The notes under the pieces: generated by a model
Told to the model about the DNA's origin: nothing
What the model saw: the letters and a program-made list of their open reading frames with translations, nothing else
The model's database searches: none
Part shown: piece by piece, positions 1-7,991 of the stretch
How the letters are laid out: every line of letters begins with the position of its first letter
How positions within the stretch are numbered: the first letter of the stretch is position 1
Assembly (NCBI RefSeq): GCF_000307105.1
Contig: NC_018645.1
Location: 856,578-880,577 of the forward strand
DNA: 24,000 nucleotides
Direction of reading: 5' to 3'
Source of the DNA: Desulfobacula toluolica Tol2
GTDB taxonomy: Bacteria > Desulfobacterota > Desulfobacteria > Desulfobacterales > Desulfobacteraceae
Translations under genes and position numbers: made by a program

Positions 1-996
1 AAATATTCCCAGTACCAATAGACAAAACGTCTCTGTTACAACCCCTTTAATCACCTGGACTGGCCTCATGCCAAGGGCTTTCATCAGGCCGAACTCCCTG
101 GTTCTCTCAAACACGGCCATAAGGGTTGTATTGGCAATGCCAAAGCCCATTGCTACAAAAACCACACCATACCAGATATAAAGGAAAAACCCCGACATCT
201 CCAGGTAGGCTTTCATCATGGGCAAAAGCTGGTGCCATGTTTCAACATGAAATGTATCATTCGCAAGACCTGATTTTAATTTTTCTGCGGCACGGGTTTC
301 CTGTTTGCCGTCAATGTCGGATCCGGGCAGCAAAATGGATATTTCTGAAATAGAACGCCCCATTTTAAACATCTTTGCCGCCTGTGAAATGGGAACAAAA
401 ACAAACTGCTTTTCAATTGCTTCTGATTCCGCACTGAAAACCCCCACAATCTTGAACGCCTTTGATGCAATCTCTTTTCGGGTATCCTGGGACATGAGAA
501 TCAGCTTATGGCCGATTTTGGTATTGAATTTTTCAAGAAACGCCCTTCCTACCACAATCTTATTTGTATCTTCTAATGAAAGATACCGTCCCGATATTAC
601 GCTGTTTCCAATGAATGAGATCTTTTTTTCCTTTTCAGGTTCAATCCCCACAAGGATCACGCCCCCGGAGTGCCTGGCATTGGAGGCAACTGCATTGACT
701 CTTATCCTTTTTGCCCACAGAGCATCTTTCCCAAGTGTTGCGTTAAGTATTCTGTCGAGTTTATCCATGTCATCCATGGAATTTTCAACCACGGGATCAT
801 TCCGGTAATCCATGTGATGGATCTGGATGCTTCCGGTAAGTGTGGATATGGCGGTTTTGACCATCTGGGTTTCCATTCCCCGCATAAGGGCCCCCAGAAA
901 AATCATGCTCCATACACCAATGATCACGGCCATCAGGATGACAATGGTTCTTCTCGGGTTTCTCCAGATATTTCTCCATGCTAATATGGCATACAT
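1..996 (-). CDS. ABC transporter permease, FtsX/LolC-LolE (MacB-type) family; 5' end complete, 3' end runs off the left edge of the window
   Basis: Absent from the supplied ORF track because there is no stop codon inside the window. My own minus-strand translation from the ATG at 996..994 stays open for all 332 codons down to position 1: MYAILAWRNIWRNPRRTIVILMAVIIGVWSMIFLGALMRGMETQ...MAVFERTREFGLMKALGMRPVQVIKG. The AWRNIWRNPRRT N-terminus and the FERTREFG-MKA-G motif are the same hallmarks as in the paralog at 1044..2282. The plus-strand ORFs 305..808 and 670..984 are antisense artefacts. Confidence 0.85.
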   Translation of the reverse strand, partial: MYAILAWRNIWRNPRRTIVILMAVIIGVWSMIFLGALMRGMETQMVKTAISTLTGSIQIHHMDYRNDPVVENSMDDMDKLDRILNATLGKDALWAKRIRVNAVASNARHSGGVILVGIEPEKEKKISFIGNSVISGRYLSLEDTNKIVVGRAFLEKFNTKIGHKLILMSQDTRKEIASKAFKIVGVFSAESEAIEKQFVFVPISQAAKMFKMGRSISEISILLPGSDIDGKQETRAAEKLKSGLANDTFHVETWHQLLPMMKAYLEMSGFFLYIWYGVVFVAMGFGIANTTLMAVFERTREFGLMKALGMRPVQVIKGVVTETFCLLVLGIF

Positions 997-1043
997 AATT
1001 GTTTCTCGTCTTTTGTCTTGTTTTGTTTTCTCTTCTTTTTAAT

Positions 1044-2282
1044 TTATACTGAGGCCATGGCATCAACAGGTTTCAGTTTTTTTATTTTCAATGCCGGAAA
1101 AACAGATGATACAATGGTGATTAAAAATACGACCAAAGGCCCTGCCGTGGCTGAAATCAGGGACAGTTTCGGATAGAGCCGGTCTGGAATCCCGTATTGT
1201 TTAAGGATATCTTCAGTACCGGCAATATAAATGCCCTTGCTTTGAAAATAAAGGGTTAAAAGGCTTCCAATGACTATCCCCGCAAGGATTCCCACCAGGG
1301 TCATGAACAGGGATTCAAACAGGACAAGTTTTGTAATCCTTGAAGGGGTTGTTCCGATGGCCATCATGACGCCGAATTCCCGTGTTCTTTCAAAGATGGC
1401 CATTAAAAATGTATTAAAAATGCTGAACGCAACAACAATGACAAGGATGATATACATTATGATACCGGAAACCAGGTCCATTTGAATCCCCTGCAGCAGG
1501 CCCGGCATGATTTCCATCCAGTCGGCGGCAACAAGGGTTTTATTCTGTTGCGTTTCAGAAAAATGATTTTGGATCTCTTGTTTAACCATGGATACATCAC
1601 CAAGGGAGTTTGCAGTTATGACTGCTTCATGAATGCTGTTTCCCATTGAAAAAATGTCCTGGAAATCGTTAAGCCCCGTCATGATCACATTCCGGTCAAA
1701 TTCGTCAATGCCGGAGTCAAAAATGCCTTTTATGGTAAGAACCGCTGCTGCAATTGAACCGTCACGCCCCTGGCCCAGAATGGTGAGTTCGTCACCAATA
1801 CCGGCTTTCAGGTTTTTTGAAAGGTGTTCTCCGATAAGTGCGGAAGACTCGTCTTCCTCTTTTAGATAACTTCCTTTGCGGATAATAGAGGATATGGTTG
1901 AAACATGGGCTTCCTTTACCGGGTCTATACCTGTGACCACAACCCCATAGGTTCTTTTATCAGAAGATGCCAGGCAGAAGGCATTGGCACGAAAAGTATA
2001 GGCGCTAATGCCTTTTACCGAATCAAGGATGCTTGCAACCGGTGCGGGATTTTTAACGACCAGGTTTATTTTTTTGTCTTCAAGATACCCCTTTGCCTGG
2101 ATCTGCAAATGCCCGGTGCTGACTTTAACGGATGTGTTGATCATTGTTTCATAACACCCCAACTGGAAAGAGAGCATAAACACAAGGATCAGACTTGAAA
2201 AAGCAATGGCGGCAATGGTGAGAAGTGTCCTTCTTGGGTTTCGCCATATATTGCGCCATGCCATTTTTAATTCTATTGACAT
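1044..2282 (-). CDS. ABC transporter permease, FtsX/LolC-LolE (MacB-type) family
   Basis: 412 aa. N-terminus MAWRNIWRNPRRTLLTIAAIAF (TM1), a large periplasmic domain, then a C-terminal FtsX 3-TM bundle with FERTREFGVMMAIG. SD-like AAGGAAAG lies upstream of the ATG. A tandem paralog lies downstream. Confidence 0.9.
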   Translation of the reverse strand: MSIELKMAWRNIWRNPRRTLLTIAAIAFSSLILVFMLSFQLGCYETMINTSVKVSTGHLQIQAKGYLEDKKINLVVKNPAPVASILDSVKGISAYTFRANAFCLASSDKRTYGVVVTGIDPVKEAHVSTISSIIRKGSYLKEEDESSALIGEHLSKNLKAGIGDELTILGQGRDGSIAAAVLTIKGIFDSGIDEFDRNVIMTGLNDFQDIFSMGNSIHEAVITANSLGDVSMVKQEIQNHFSETQQNKTLVAADWMEIMPGLLQGIQMDLVSGIIMYIILVIVVAFSIFNTFLMAIFERTREFGVMMAIGTTPSRITKLVLFESLFMTLVGILAGIVIGSLLTLYFQSKGIYIAGTEDILKQYGIPDRLYPKLSLISATAGPLVVFLITIVSSVFPALKIKKLKPVDAMASV

Positions 2283-2299
2283 GTTATCTTTCCTTTTTT

Positions 2300-3082
2300 T
2301 TAGATGCCCGGATTTTTAAGGTTGGTCCGGGTGAAGATACGGTTGCTCAACTTTTTGTTAAACTCAATCTTTTCATATACAAGAAGGGTATACTCATCTG
2401 TTGCATCGGATTTTTGCATTTTCCATTTCATGGGGAAAAGCTTGTCATCGCTTTTTTGGATATCCCATGCCGTCATTATTTTTACAGTCTGAAGATCTTC
2501 ATCAAAAAATTCTTCACTTAAAAGGATAAAGTCTTCTCGTATTTTTAATTTGATCATGCCCCAGATAACCGGGGCATCAGGCTTGGGTATTGATCTTATT
2601 GTATGGATTTTTTTGTCCTGACCAAGAGTTGTCGCTTCCAAAGTATGCACATAATCTTTGATCAGGCTGTCGCTCTTTACAAGGTCATTGTTGGAAAAAT
2701 CCGATCCCTGCCAGGCTTGGGACATCATGGAAGGGGGAAGTTTGATGACCCGGTTTATCTTGGGATTGTATATCCACATTCCTTTGCCGGCTTTAAGGGT
2801 TCCGTTTCCCTTGTCCTTTGCCGGTTCAATAATGACAAACAGGGAATCGGATTCACCCCGGGTCCAGGATTTTATGGTCATGCTGCGTTCCCAGTCAGAG
2901 CGGTGGACGGTCATGATTGTGGTTGAAACAGAGGTTTGCCCGCGCCAGTAATCAAAGGCATTTTTAACGATGGTTCCGGCATTCGTTATTGCTTCGGTAT
3001 CCATAATTATTTCAGCATTCATCCGGGCCTGCGAAGTTGCTGCAAAAATAAGGATTACAATTGCCAGTACAGCTTTTTTCAT
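2300..3082 (-). CDS. LolA-like outer-membrane lipoprotein-sorting protein (secreted)
   Basis: 260 aa. Signal peptide MKKAVLAIVILIFAATSQA. The motif PPSMMSQAWQGSDFSNNDL is typical of the LolA_like family usually encoded next to FtsX-type permease pairs. SD GGGAGG lies 4 nt upstream of the ATG. The stop is 17 nt before the next permease start. Confidence 0.75.
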   Translation of the reverse strand: MKKAVLAIVILIFAATSQARMNAEIIMDTEAITNAGTIVKNAFDYWRGQTSVSTTIMTVHRSDWERSMTIKSWTRGESDSLFVIIEPAKDKGNGTLKAGKGMWIYNPKINRVIKLPPSMMSQAWQGSDFSNNDLVKSDSLIKDYVHTLEATTLGQDKKIHTIRSIPKPDAPVIWGMIKLKIREDFILLSEEFFDEDLQTVKIMTAWDIQKSDDKLFPMKWKMQKSDATDEYTLLVYEKIEFNKKLSNRIFTRTNLKNPGI

Positions 3083-3167
3083 TTTGCCTCCCTGATCTGA
3101 TTGATCAAATTTTCATATCAGAATCACCCATTGTTTTGCGTTAGAAGATAATTGCAACCACAATGTT

Positions 3168-3632
3168 TTATTCATATTCTTCATCATCATAGTCAGGATA
3201 TTGAGGTGGAGATTCTCCGACTGACTTGATTAATTTAATATATTTTTTTTTGGCTTTTGTCTCTTTGATATTTTGCACCTTGATTCGATGCCACCACTCA
3301 TCTCCAAAATCAAACAGGTAATGAAAGACATCTTTTTCATTCAAGCCGACATCGCAAATTTGCATCTTTGCTGTGGATTCTTTCCTTTCCCCATAACCCA
3401 TCATCTCTTCTGCACTCACGGGATGGGTTATCTGTGGAGCATCATATATATTCCGCATACTCTTGGTGTCTTTTCGAGTGATGAAAAATGAATAAAGGTG
3501 TTCATCGTATCTGTCAAATGACTGGAAAATCACATTGTGAAGATCATCAAAAGTGCAATTTTCAGATGCCTCAATTAGTCGATAAAGCTTTGGTATTCCT
3601 ATTATGGAAACCCTGAACTGGTATGTTTTCAT
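3168..3632 (-). CDS. plasmid pRiA4b ORF-3-like (PF07929 / MM3350-like) domain protein, stand-alone
   Basis: 154 aa. YQFRVSI...L..L...I...F.......HLYSF and YLFDFGDEWWHRIKV match the family hallmark (Y-x-YDFGD-x-W-x-H). The C-terminal tail is acidic. The gene is visibly more AT-rich than its neighbours and is flanked by long AT-rich non-coding DNA. Confidence 0.8.
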   Translation of the reverse strand: MKTYQFRVSIIGIPKLYRLIEASENCTFDDLHNVIFQSFDRYDEHLYSFFITRKDTKSMRNIYDAPQITHPVSAEEMMGYGERKESTAKMQICDVGLNEKDVFHYLFDFGDEWWHRIKVQNIKETKAKKKYIKLIKSVGESPPQYPDYDDEEYE

Positions 3633-3773
3633 TCTATTACTCTTATTCAGTTAATAATAAATTTTACTGTTTTTTTAATTTTGCAACATATTGGAATAAT
3701 TATATTTAAAATTTTTTGCCGAACTGTTGATTAAAAAAGAGCTGAATAAATAATATACAGTCGCTACCAGGAA

Positions 3774-3800
3774 AATGTTGGAATGGCAACATTCTTTTTG
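3774..3800 (+). terminator. orphan terminator-like hairpin (AATGTTG-gaatgg-CAACATT followed by CTTTTTG)
   Basis: A 7-bp perfect stem with a 6-nt loop and a T5 run on the plus strand. No plus-strand CDS lies upstream. See the candidate-sRNA finding. Confidence 0.35.
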
Positions 3801-3931
3801 AGAAAGGTATTTTTTTCAACATTATTACTCACAAAAGAAAGTGATAAACAGGATGTCAGGATATTTCCGCTGTTTCAAATGGTGTGGTTTCTAATTTGCT
3901 ATGGATTGTTCTTATTCTTTGAAATATGGGT

Positions 3932-3958
3932 TTGACATGACCGGCTACAGGGTATAGG
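3932..3958 (+). promoter_or_regulatory. putative sigma70-type promoter for the FMN riboswitch/ribB transcript
   Basis: TTGACA (3932-3937), a 15-nt spacer, then TATAGG (3953-3958). The predicted start falls just before riboswitch stem P1. The spacer is short and the -10 is imperfect, so this is tentative. Confidence 0.3.
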
Positions 3959-3967
3959 GTGTCTCCC

Positions 3968-4152
3968 GTATATTCTCAGGGCGGGGTGAAATTCCCCACC
4001 GGCGGTAACCTGGCCTGTATCAGGAAGCCCGCGAGCGCTCCCCCCAAGGCTTGAATGAGAAAGCTTAAATTGAAAAGTTTAAACCAGGGGAGGTCAGCAG
4101 ATCCGGTTAAATTCCGGAGCCGACGGTTAAAGTCCGGATGGAAGAGAATGCG
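3968..4152 (+). promoter_or_regulatory. FMN riboswitch (RFN element)
   Basis: All canonical blocks are present: ATTCTCAGGGCGGGGTGAAATTCCCCACCGGCGGTAA ... AGCCCGCGAGCG ... GTCAGCAGATCCGGTTAAATTCCGGAGCCGACGGTTAAAGTCCGGATGGAAGAGAAT. P1 closes as ATTCTC (3972-3977) / GAGAAT (4144-4149). The variable P3 hairpin is unusually long (~55 nt, GCTCCCC...GGGGAGG). It sits directly upstream of ribB. I could not resolve the expression platform; there is a weak hairpin CAGGCA-ttgtac-TGCCTG at 4201-4218 followed by a T-rich run. Confidence 0.95.
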
Positions 4153-4280
4153 TCAAGGCTGTGTTTTGTCTTTGGCGGTTTCCTTTTTATCAAGGAACTG
4201 CAGGCATTGTACTGCCTGAACGTCTATTTTTCCTTTTGCCCTGATTCATGTTTAATTTTATTATTGTAAGGAGATCGACC

Positions 4281-4943
4281 ATGAATCAGAGTCTGTTAAC
4301 TCGATTTGGAAATCCAGAGGAACGTGTGAAAAACGCGCTGTTATCCCTTCAGAACGGAAACGGCGTACTGGTCACGGATGATGAAGACCGAGAAAATGAA
4401 GGTGATCTTATTTTTCCGGCCCAGTCTTTGACGGAACAGCAGATGGCCATAATGATCCGGGAATGCTCGGGCATCGTCTGTTTGTGCCTGACCGAAGACA
4501 AGGTGGCATCCCTTGAATTGCCCATGATGGTTCAGCACAATTCCAGCCGATACCAGACGGCATTTACCATCTCCATTGAAGCTGCCACGGGAGTCACTAC
4601 GGGGGTGTCTGCAAAGGACCGTGTCGCAACGGTGCATGCAGCCGCAGCTGATAGTGCAGGGCCTTGTGACCTGAATAGTCCGGGTCATGTTTTTCCCTTA
4701 AAAGCAAAACCCGGCGGAGTGCTTGAGCGTGGGGGCCATACCGAAGCCACCGTTGATTTAATGCGCCTTTCCGGGTTGTCTCCTTGCGGGGTGCTGTGTG
4801 AATTGACCAACCCCGACGGCACCATGGCCAGACTGCCGAAGATCGTTGAATTTGCCGGGATACACGGGTTTCCCGTGCTGACCATTGATGATTTGATTTT
4901 GTATCGGAAAAATCAGAATTCGGAACACGACTCAACACTTTAA
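4281..4943 (+). CDS. ribB: 3,4-dihydroxy-2-butanone-4-phosphate synthase
   Basis: Hallmark motif [17 protein letters not shown], plus GHTEATVDL and [15 protein letters not shown] chose the start at ATG 4281 ([10 protein letters not shown]) because AAGGAG lies 7 nt upstream; the track start at 4248 has no SD. At 220 aa it is a monofunctional RibB. Confidence 0.95.
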   Translation: MNQSLLTRFGNPEERVKNALLSLQNGNGVLVTDDEDRENEGDLIFPAQSLTEQQMAIMIRECSGIVCLCLTEDKVASLELPMMVQHNSSRYQTAFTISIEAATGVTTGVSAKDRVATVHAAAADSAGPCDLNSPGHVFPLKAKPGGVLERGGHTEATVDLMRLSGLSPCGVLCELTNPDGTMARLPKIVEFAGIHGFPVLTIDDLILYRKNQNSEHDSTL

Positions 4944-4952
4944 AATGACGGC

Positions 4953-4983
4953 CCCGGTGCAGGATATTTCTGCCTGCACCGGG
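4953..4983 (+). terminator. GC-rich hairpin downstream of ribB (possible terminator, no U-tract)
   Basis: CCCGGTGCAGG (4953-4963) pairs with CCTGCACCGGG (4973-4983): 11 bp with a 9-nt loop, starting 10 nt after the ribB stop. It is followed by AGATTGAT rather than a T-run. Confidence 0.4.
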
Positions 4984-4988
4984 AGATT

Positions 4989-5036
4989 GATAAAGCCGGA
5001 TTTATCCCGGACAGCAGGTTTGAATCCGGCTTTATC
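4989..5036. other. perfect 14-bp inverted repeat / long hairpin
   Basis: GATAAAGCCGGATT (4989-5002) and AATCCGGCTTTATC (5023-5036) with a 20-nt loop. Function unknown. Confidence 0.6.
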
Positions 5037-5381
5037 AGGGATCGGATAAGACATGTGGCAACCCTGGAATTAACAAAGCTTATGATGAATCAGAACCTCA
5101 CCCTGGCCTTGGCGGCATATTATTACCCATTTATGAAGACGGCTATCTTCGTCCAAAAGCCAATTATAAATACAGTTACAGCCTTGTGCTTGAAACAGGA
5201 TTAAATATTTTTTTCGGATATGAACATCATAAGTTTTTTGCCGGGTTTGGAAATAATACCAATATTTATGCGGCGGTTAGATATTATTTTTAAAGGGATT
5301 TCAATTTGAAATAAACATTGCTCAAATGATATCCTGTGTTATGTTAGCAATGTATTCTTTAAGACAAACAGGTGAAATGGT

Positions 5382-5630
5382 ATGTGTTTAGCAGTTCCGT
5401 CTAAGATTGTCGAGATAAACGATACGGTTGCCAAAGTTGATGTGGACGGTGTGACCCGGCAAATCAGTACCATGCTTCTGGGTGATGTAAAGATCGGGGA
5501 TTATGTCATTGTCCATGCCGGATTTGCCATCAATAAGGTCGATGAAGCCACTGCCCGTGAAACCCTGGAAGATTTGCGCCAAATACTGGCAGCGGATGCC
5601 CGGCAGGATGATGGCCGTAATGAACAGTAA
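5382..5630 (+). CDS. hypC: [NiFe]-hydrogenase maturation chaperone HypC/HybG/HupF family
   Basis: 82 aa starting MCLAVPSKIVEI (the invariant Cys2 motif MCLxxP). GDYVIVHAGFAI is present. SD AGGTGA lies upstream. Confidence 0.95.
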   Translation: MCLAVPSKIVEINDTVAKVDVDGVTRQISTMLLGDVKIGDYVIVHAGFAINKVDEATARETLEDLRQILAADARQDDGRNEQ

Positions 5631-5639
5631 CAGGTTTTT

Positions 5640-7988
5640 ATGACCGTTCCCATAGCCTTAAACCAAACGGCAGTAGCAAAAAAGCTGGAAATCAGCGGCG
5701 TTGTTCAAGGCGTTGGGTTTCGGCCTTTTTTATTTGGTCTGGCAGATCAATATCATCTGAAAGGGGAGGTATTCAATACCTCCGGCGGCATTCGGGTTAT
5801 TGTGGAAGGACCCCCTGAAAAAATTGAGCGGTTTGTCGATGATATTTATCATAAAAGTCCTTTGCTGGCTTCTGTGACAGACATTAAATCCAGTGATGTG
5901 CCGCCTGGAAATTTTTTTTCATTTAAAATTGAGAACAGTGAAGTTGCCAACCGGCGGACCACCCTTATTTCTCCTGATGTGGCTATTTGTTCCGACTGCC
6001 TGGCTGAAATGAAAGATCCCGGCAACAGACGGCATGAATATGAGTTTATCAATTGCACCAATTGCGGCCCCAGGTATACAATTATTAAAGATATTCCCTA
6101 TGACCGGTCCAAAACTTCCATGAAATCGTTTAAGATGTGTGGAAAATGTCAACAAGAGTATGATGACCCGCTGAACAGGCGGTTTCATGCCCAACCCAAT
6201 GCCTGCCCGGTCTGCGGACCACAGGTTTTTTTGACGGACCGCCGGGGGAATCGGATCAATACGGATTCACAATCAGCCATCACTCTTGCGGCTCAATATT
6301 TGCGCCAGGGTAGAATTATCGGGATAAAAGGGCTTGGCGGATTTCATCTGGCCTGTGATGCCGCCAATCTTGATGCAGTAAAACAATTGCGGCAGAGAAA
6401 AAACCGTCCCCATAAGCCCTTTGCCCTGATGGCAGCATCGGCATCAATCCTGTTTGACCATGTTCATGTCAGCAACAGGGAAAAACAACTCCTGACCTCC
6501 TATCAAAGACCCATTGTTTTGCTGAAAAGGAAATATATCAATGGGGACAATCAAAAAGGGTCTGTACTTGCAACGGATGTGGCTTTCTTTAATAAAACTC
6601 TGGGCGTCATGCTTCCCTATGCGCCGTTGCATTGTCTGCTGCTTGAAAAAGGACCGTCCATCCTGGTGATGACCAGCGGCAACCTTTCAGGAGAGCCGCT
6701 TTCCATTGAAAATGAGGATGCTCTGGAGGCATTTTCCCATATTGCGGATTATTTTTTATTGCACAATCGGGATATCTGTTTTCGCGCAGATGATTCCATT
6801 GCAAGAATCCAGGCGGGTGAAACAAGATTTATCCGGCGGTCAAGAGGATATGCACCCCTGCCGGTTTTTATCAACCGAAAAATGCCGAAAATTCTGGGGT
6901 GCGGGGCAGGGTTCAAGAATGCGGTCTGCCTGACCCGGGGTCATCATGCTTTTTTAAGCCAGCATATCGGGGATCTGGATAATATGAAGACTCATGCGTT
7001 TTATCGGGACAGTATTGATCATTTGAAAAATATTTTCGACATCCAGCCGGACATTATTGCCCATGACATGCATCATGGATATATGAGTACTGATTATGCC
7101 AAAGCGCAGAACACGGTAAAAAAAGTGGCGGTTCAGCATCACCATGCCCATGCTGCCGCCTGCATGGCGGAAAACGGTTTGGATGAAGAGGTTATCGCCA
7201 TCACCCTTGACGGCACGGGGTATGGAACAGACGGTCATATCTGGGGCGGGGAAATTCTTTTGTGTACACAAAAAGCCTTTAAACGCAAAGCTCACCTGTC
7301 CTACATTAAAATGCCGGGCGGGGATGCGGCTGTTCTGGAACCTTGGCGCATGGCGGCATCTGTTCTTTTTCAGGTTTTTGGCAAAGATTTTTTACAGATG
7401 GAGATTCCTTATATAAAGGCCATGGAAAAAGAAAAACTGTCTTTTATCTGCGGTATGATGGAGAAAAATCTGAATTCACCGTTGACCTCCAGTGTTGGAA
7501 GGCTGTTTGATGCGGTGTCTTCCCTTTTGTGCGTCCGGCATACGATTTCGTATGAAAGTCAGGCCGCAATGGAACTGGAAGCCATGGCAGACGAACGTCC
7601 TGTTCGGGAATGCTATGCCTTTGATCTGGTATCCGGTAAAAAGGATGGTGGCCGAGACCAGGTTTTTGAAATTAATTTAATGCCCTGTATCAGGCAGATA
7701 ACAGCGGAGTTGCAGCAGGGTCGGCACGTTGCCGGAATAAGTGCAAAATTTCATTATACGCTGGCTCAGGCTTTTGCCGTGGCAGCGCTCAAAGTTAGCC
7801 TGCAAACCCATATCCAAAAAATAATCCTCTCCGGGGGGGTGTTCCATAACGATATCATTTTGAATACCATGATCCTGGCCCTTGAAGAACATAACCTAAA
7901 GGTATACACACACACGCAGGTTCCCACCGGTGACGGGGGGATCTGTTTAGGCCAGGCAGTGGTTGCGGCTGCCCTTGAAGGAAGCTGA
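5640..7988 (+). CDS. hypF: carbamoyltransferase HypF
   Basis: 782 aa. N-terminal acylphosphatase-like domain (VQGVGFRPF). Two zinc-finger pairs (CSDCLAEM...CTNCGPRY and CGKCQQEY...CPVCGP). A YrdC-like segment (KGLGGFHLACDA) and a C-terminal Kae1-like domain. Starts 9 nt after hypC. Confidence 0.97.
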   Translation: MTVPIALNQTAVAKKLEISGVVQGVGFRPFLFGLADQYHLKGEVFNTSGGIRVIVEGPPEKIERFVDDIYHKSPLLASVTDIKSSDVPPGNFFSFKIENSEVANRRTTLISPDVAICSDCLAEMKDPGNRRHEYEFINCTNCGPRYTIIKDIPYDRSKTSMKSFKMCGKCQQEYDDPLNRRFHAQPNACPVCGPQVFLTDRRGNRINTDSQSAITLAAQYLRQGRIIGIKGLGGFHLACDAANLDAVKQLRQRKNRPHKPFALMAASASILFDHVHVSNREKQLLTSYQRPIVLLKRKYINGDNQKGSVLATDVAFFNKTLGVMLPYAPLHCLLLEKGPSILVMTSGNLSGEPLSIENEDALEAFSHIADYFLLHNRDICFRADDSIARIQAGETRFIRRSRGYAPLPVFINRKMPKILGCGAGFKNAVCLTRGHHAFLSQHIGDLDNMKTHAFYRDSIDHLKNIFDIQPDIIAHDMHHGYMSTDYAKAQNTVKKVAVQHHHAHAAACMAENGLDEEVIAITLDGTGYGTDGHIWGGEILLCTQKAFKRKAHLSYIKMPGGDAAVLEPWRMAASVLFQVFGKDFLQMEIPYIKAMEKEKLSFICGMMEKNLNSPLTSSVGRLFDAVSSLLCVRHTISYESQAAMELEAMADERPVRECYAFDLVSGKKDGGRDQVFEINLMPCIRQITAELQQGRHVAGISAKFHYTLAQAFAVAALKVSLQTHIQKIILSGGVFHNDIILNTMILALEEHNLKVYTHTQVPTGDGGICLGQAVVAAALEGS

Positions 7989-7991
7989 TCA

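Noticed and set aside
305-984. Plus-strand ORFs 305..808 and 670..984 (167 and 104 aa), and minus-strand ORFs 276..470 and 797..1066
   Set aside because: They are antisense or out of frame relative to the clearly homologous FtsX-type permease gene, which I translated on the minus strand (1..996). Their sequences are low-complexity and domain-less.
3879-3935. 18-codon hydrophobic mini-ORF (MVWFLICYGLFLFFEIWV), possibly a type I toxin
   Set aside because: No SD. It overlaps the putative ribB-leader -35 box. No antisense RNA signals are present, and hydrophobic peptides arise easily from T-rich DNA.
5011-5036. tRNA-like T-arm motif GGTTTGAATCC followed by an acceptor-like CTTTATC
   Set aside because: The whole structure is only 48 nt and is simply the 3' arm of a 14-bp hairpin. 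There is no D-arm or anticodon arm.
5090-5212. 40-codon ORF MMNQNLTLALAAYYYPFMKTAIFVQKPIINTVTALCLKQD in the ribB-hypC gap
   Set aside because: No SD, no recognisable family, and the surrounding frames are closed. I cannot support it as a gene or as a pseudogene remnant.
5316-5352. 7-bp inverted repeat CATTGCT-N23-AGCAATG 30 nt upstream of hypC as an operator
   Set aside because: About one 7-bp inverted repeat with a spacer of 40 nt or less is expected by chance in a 440-nt region, so it is not significant on its own.
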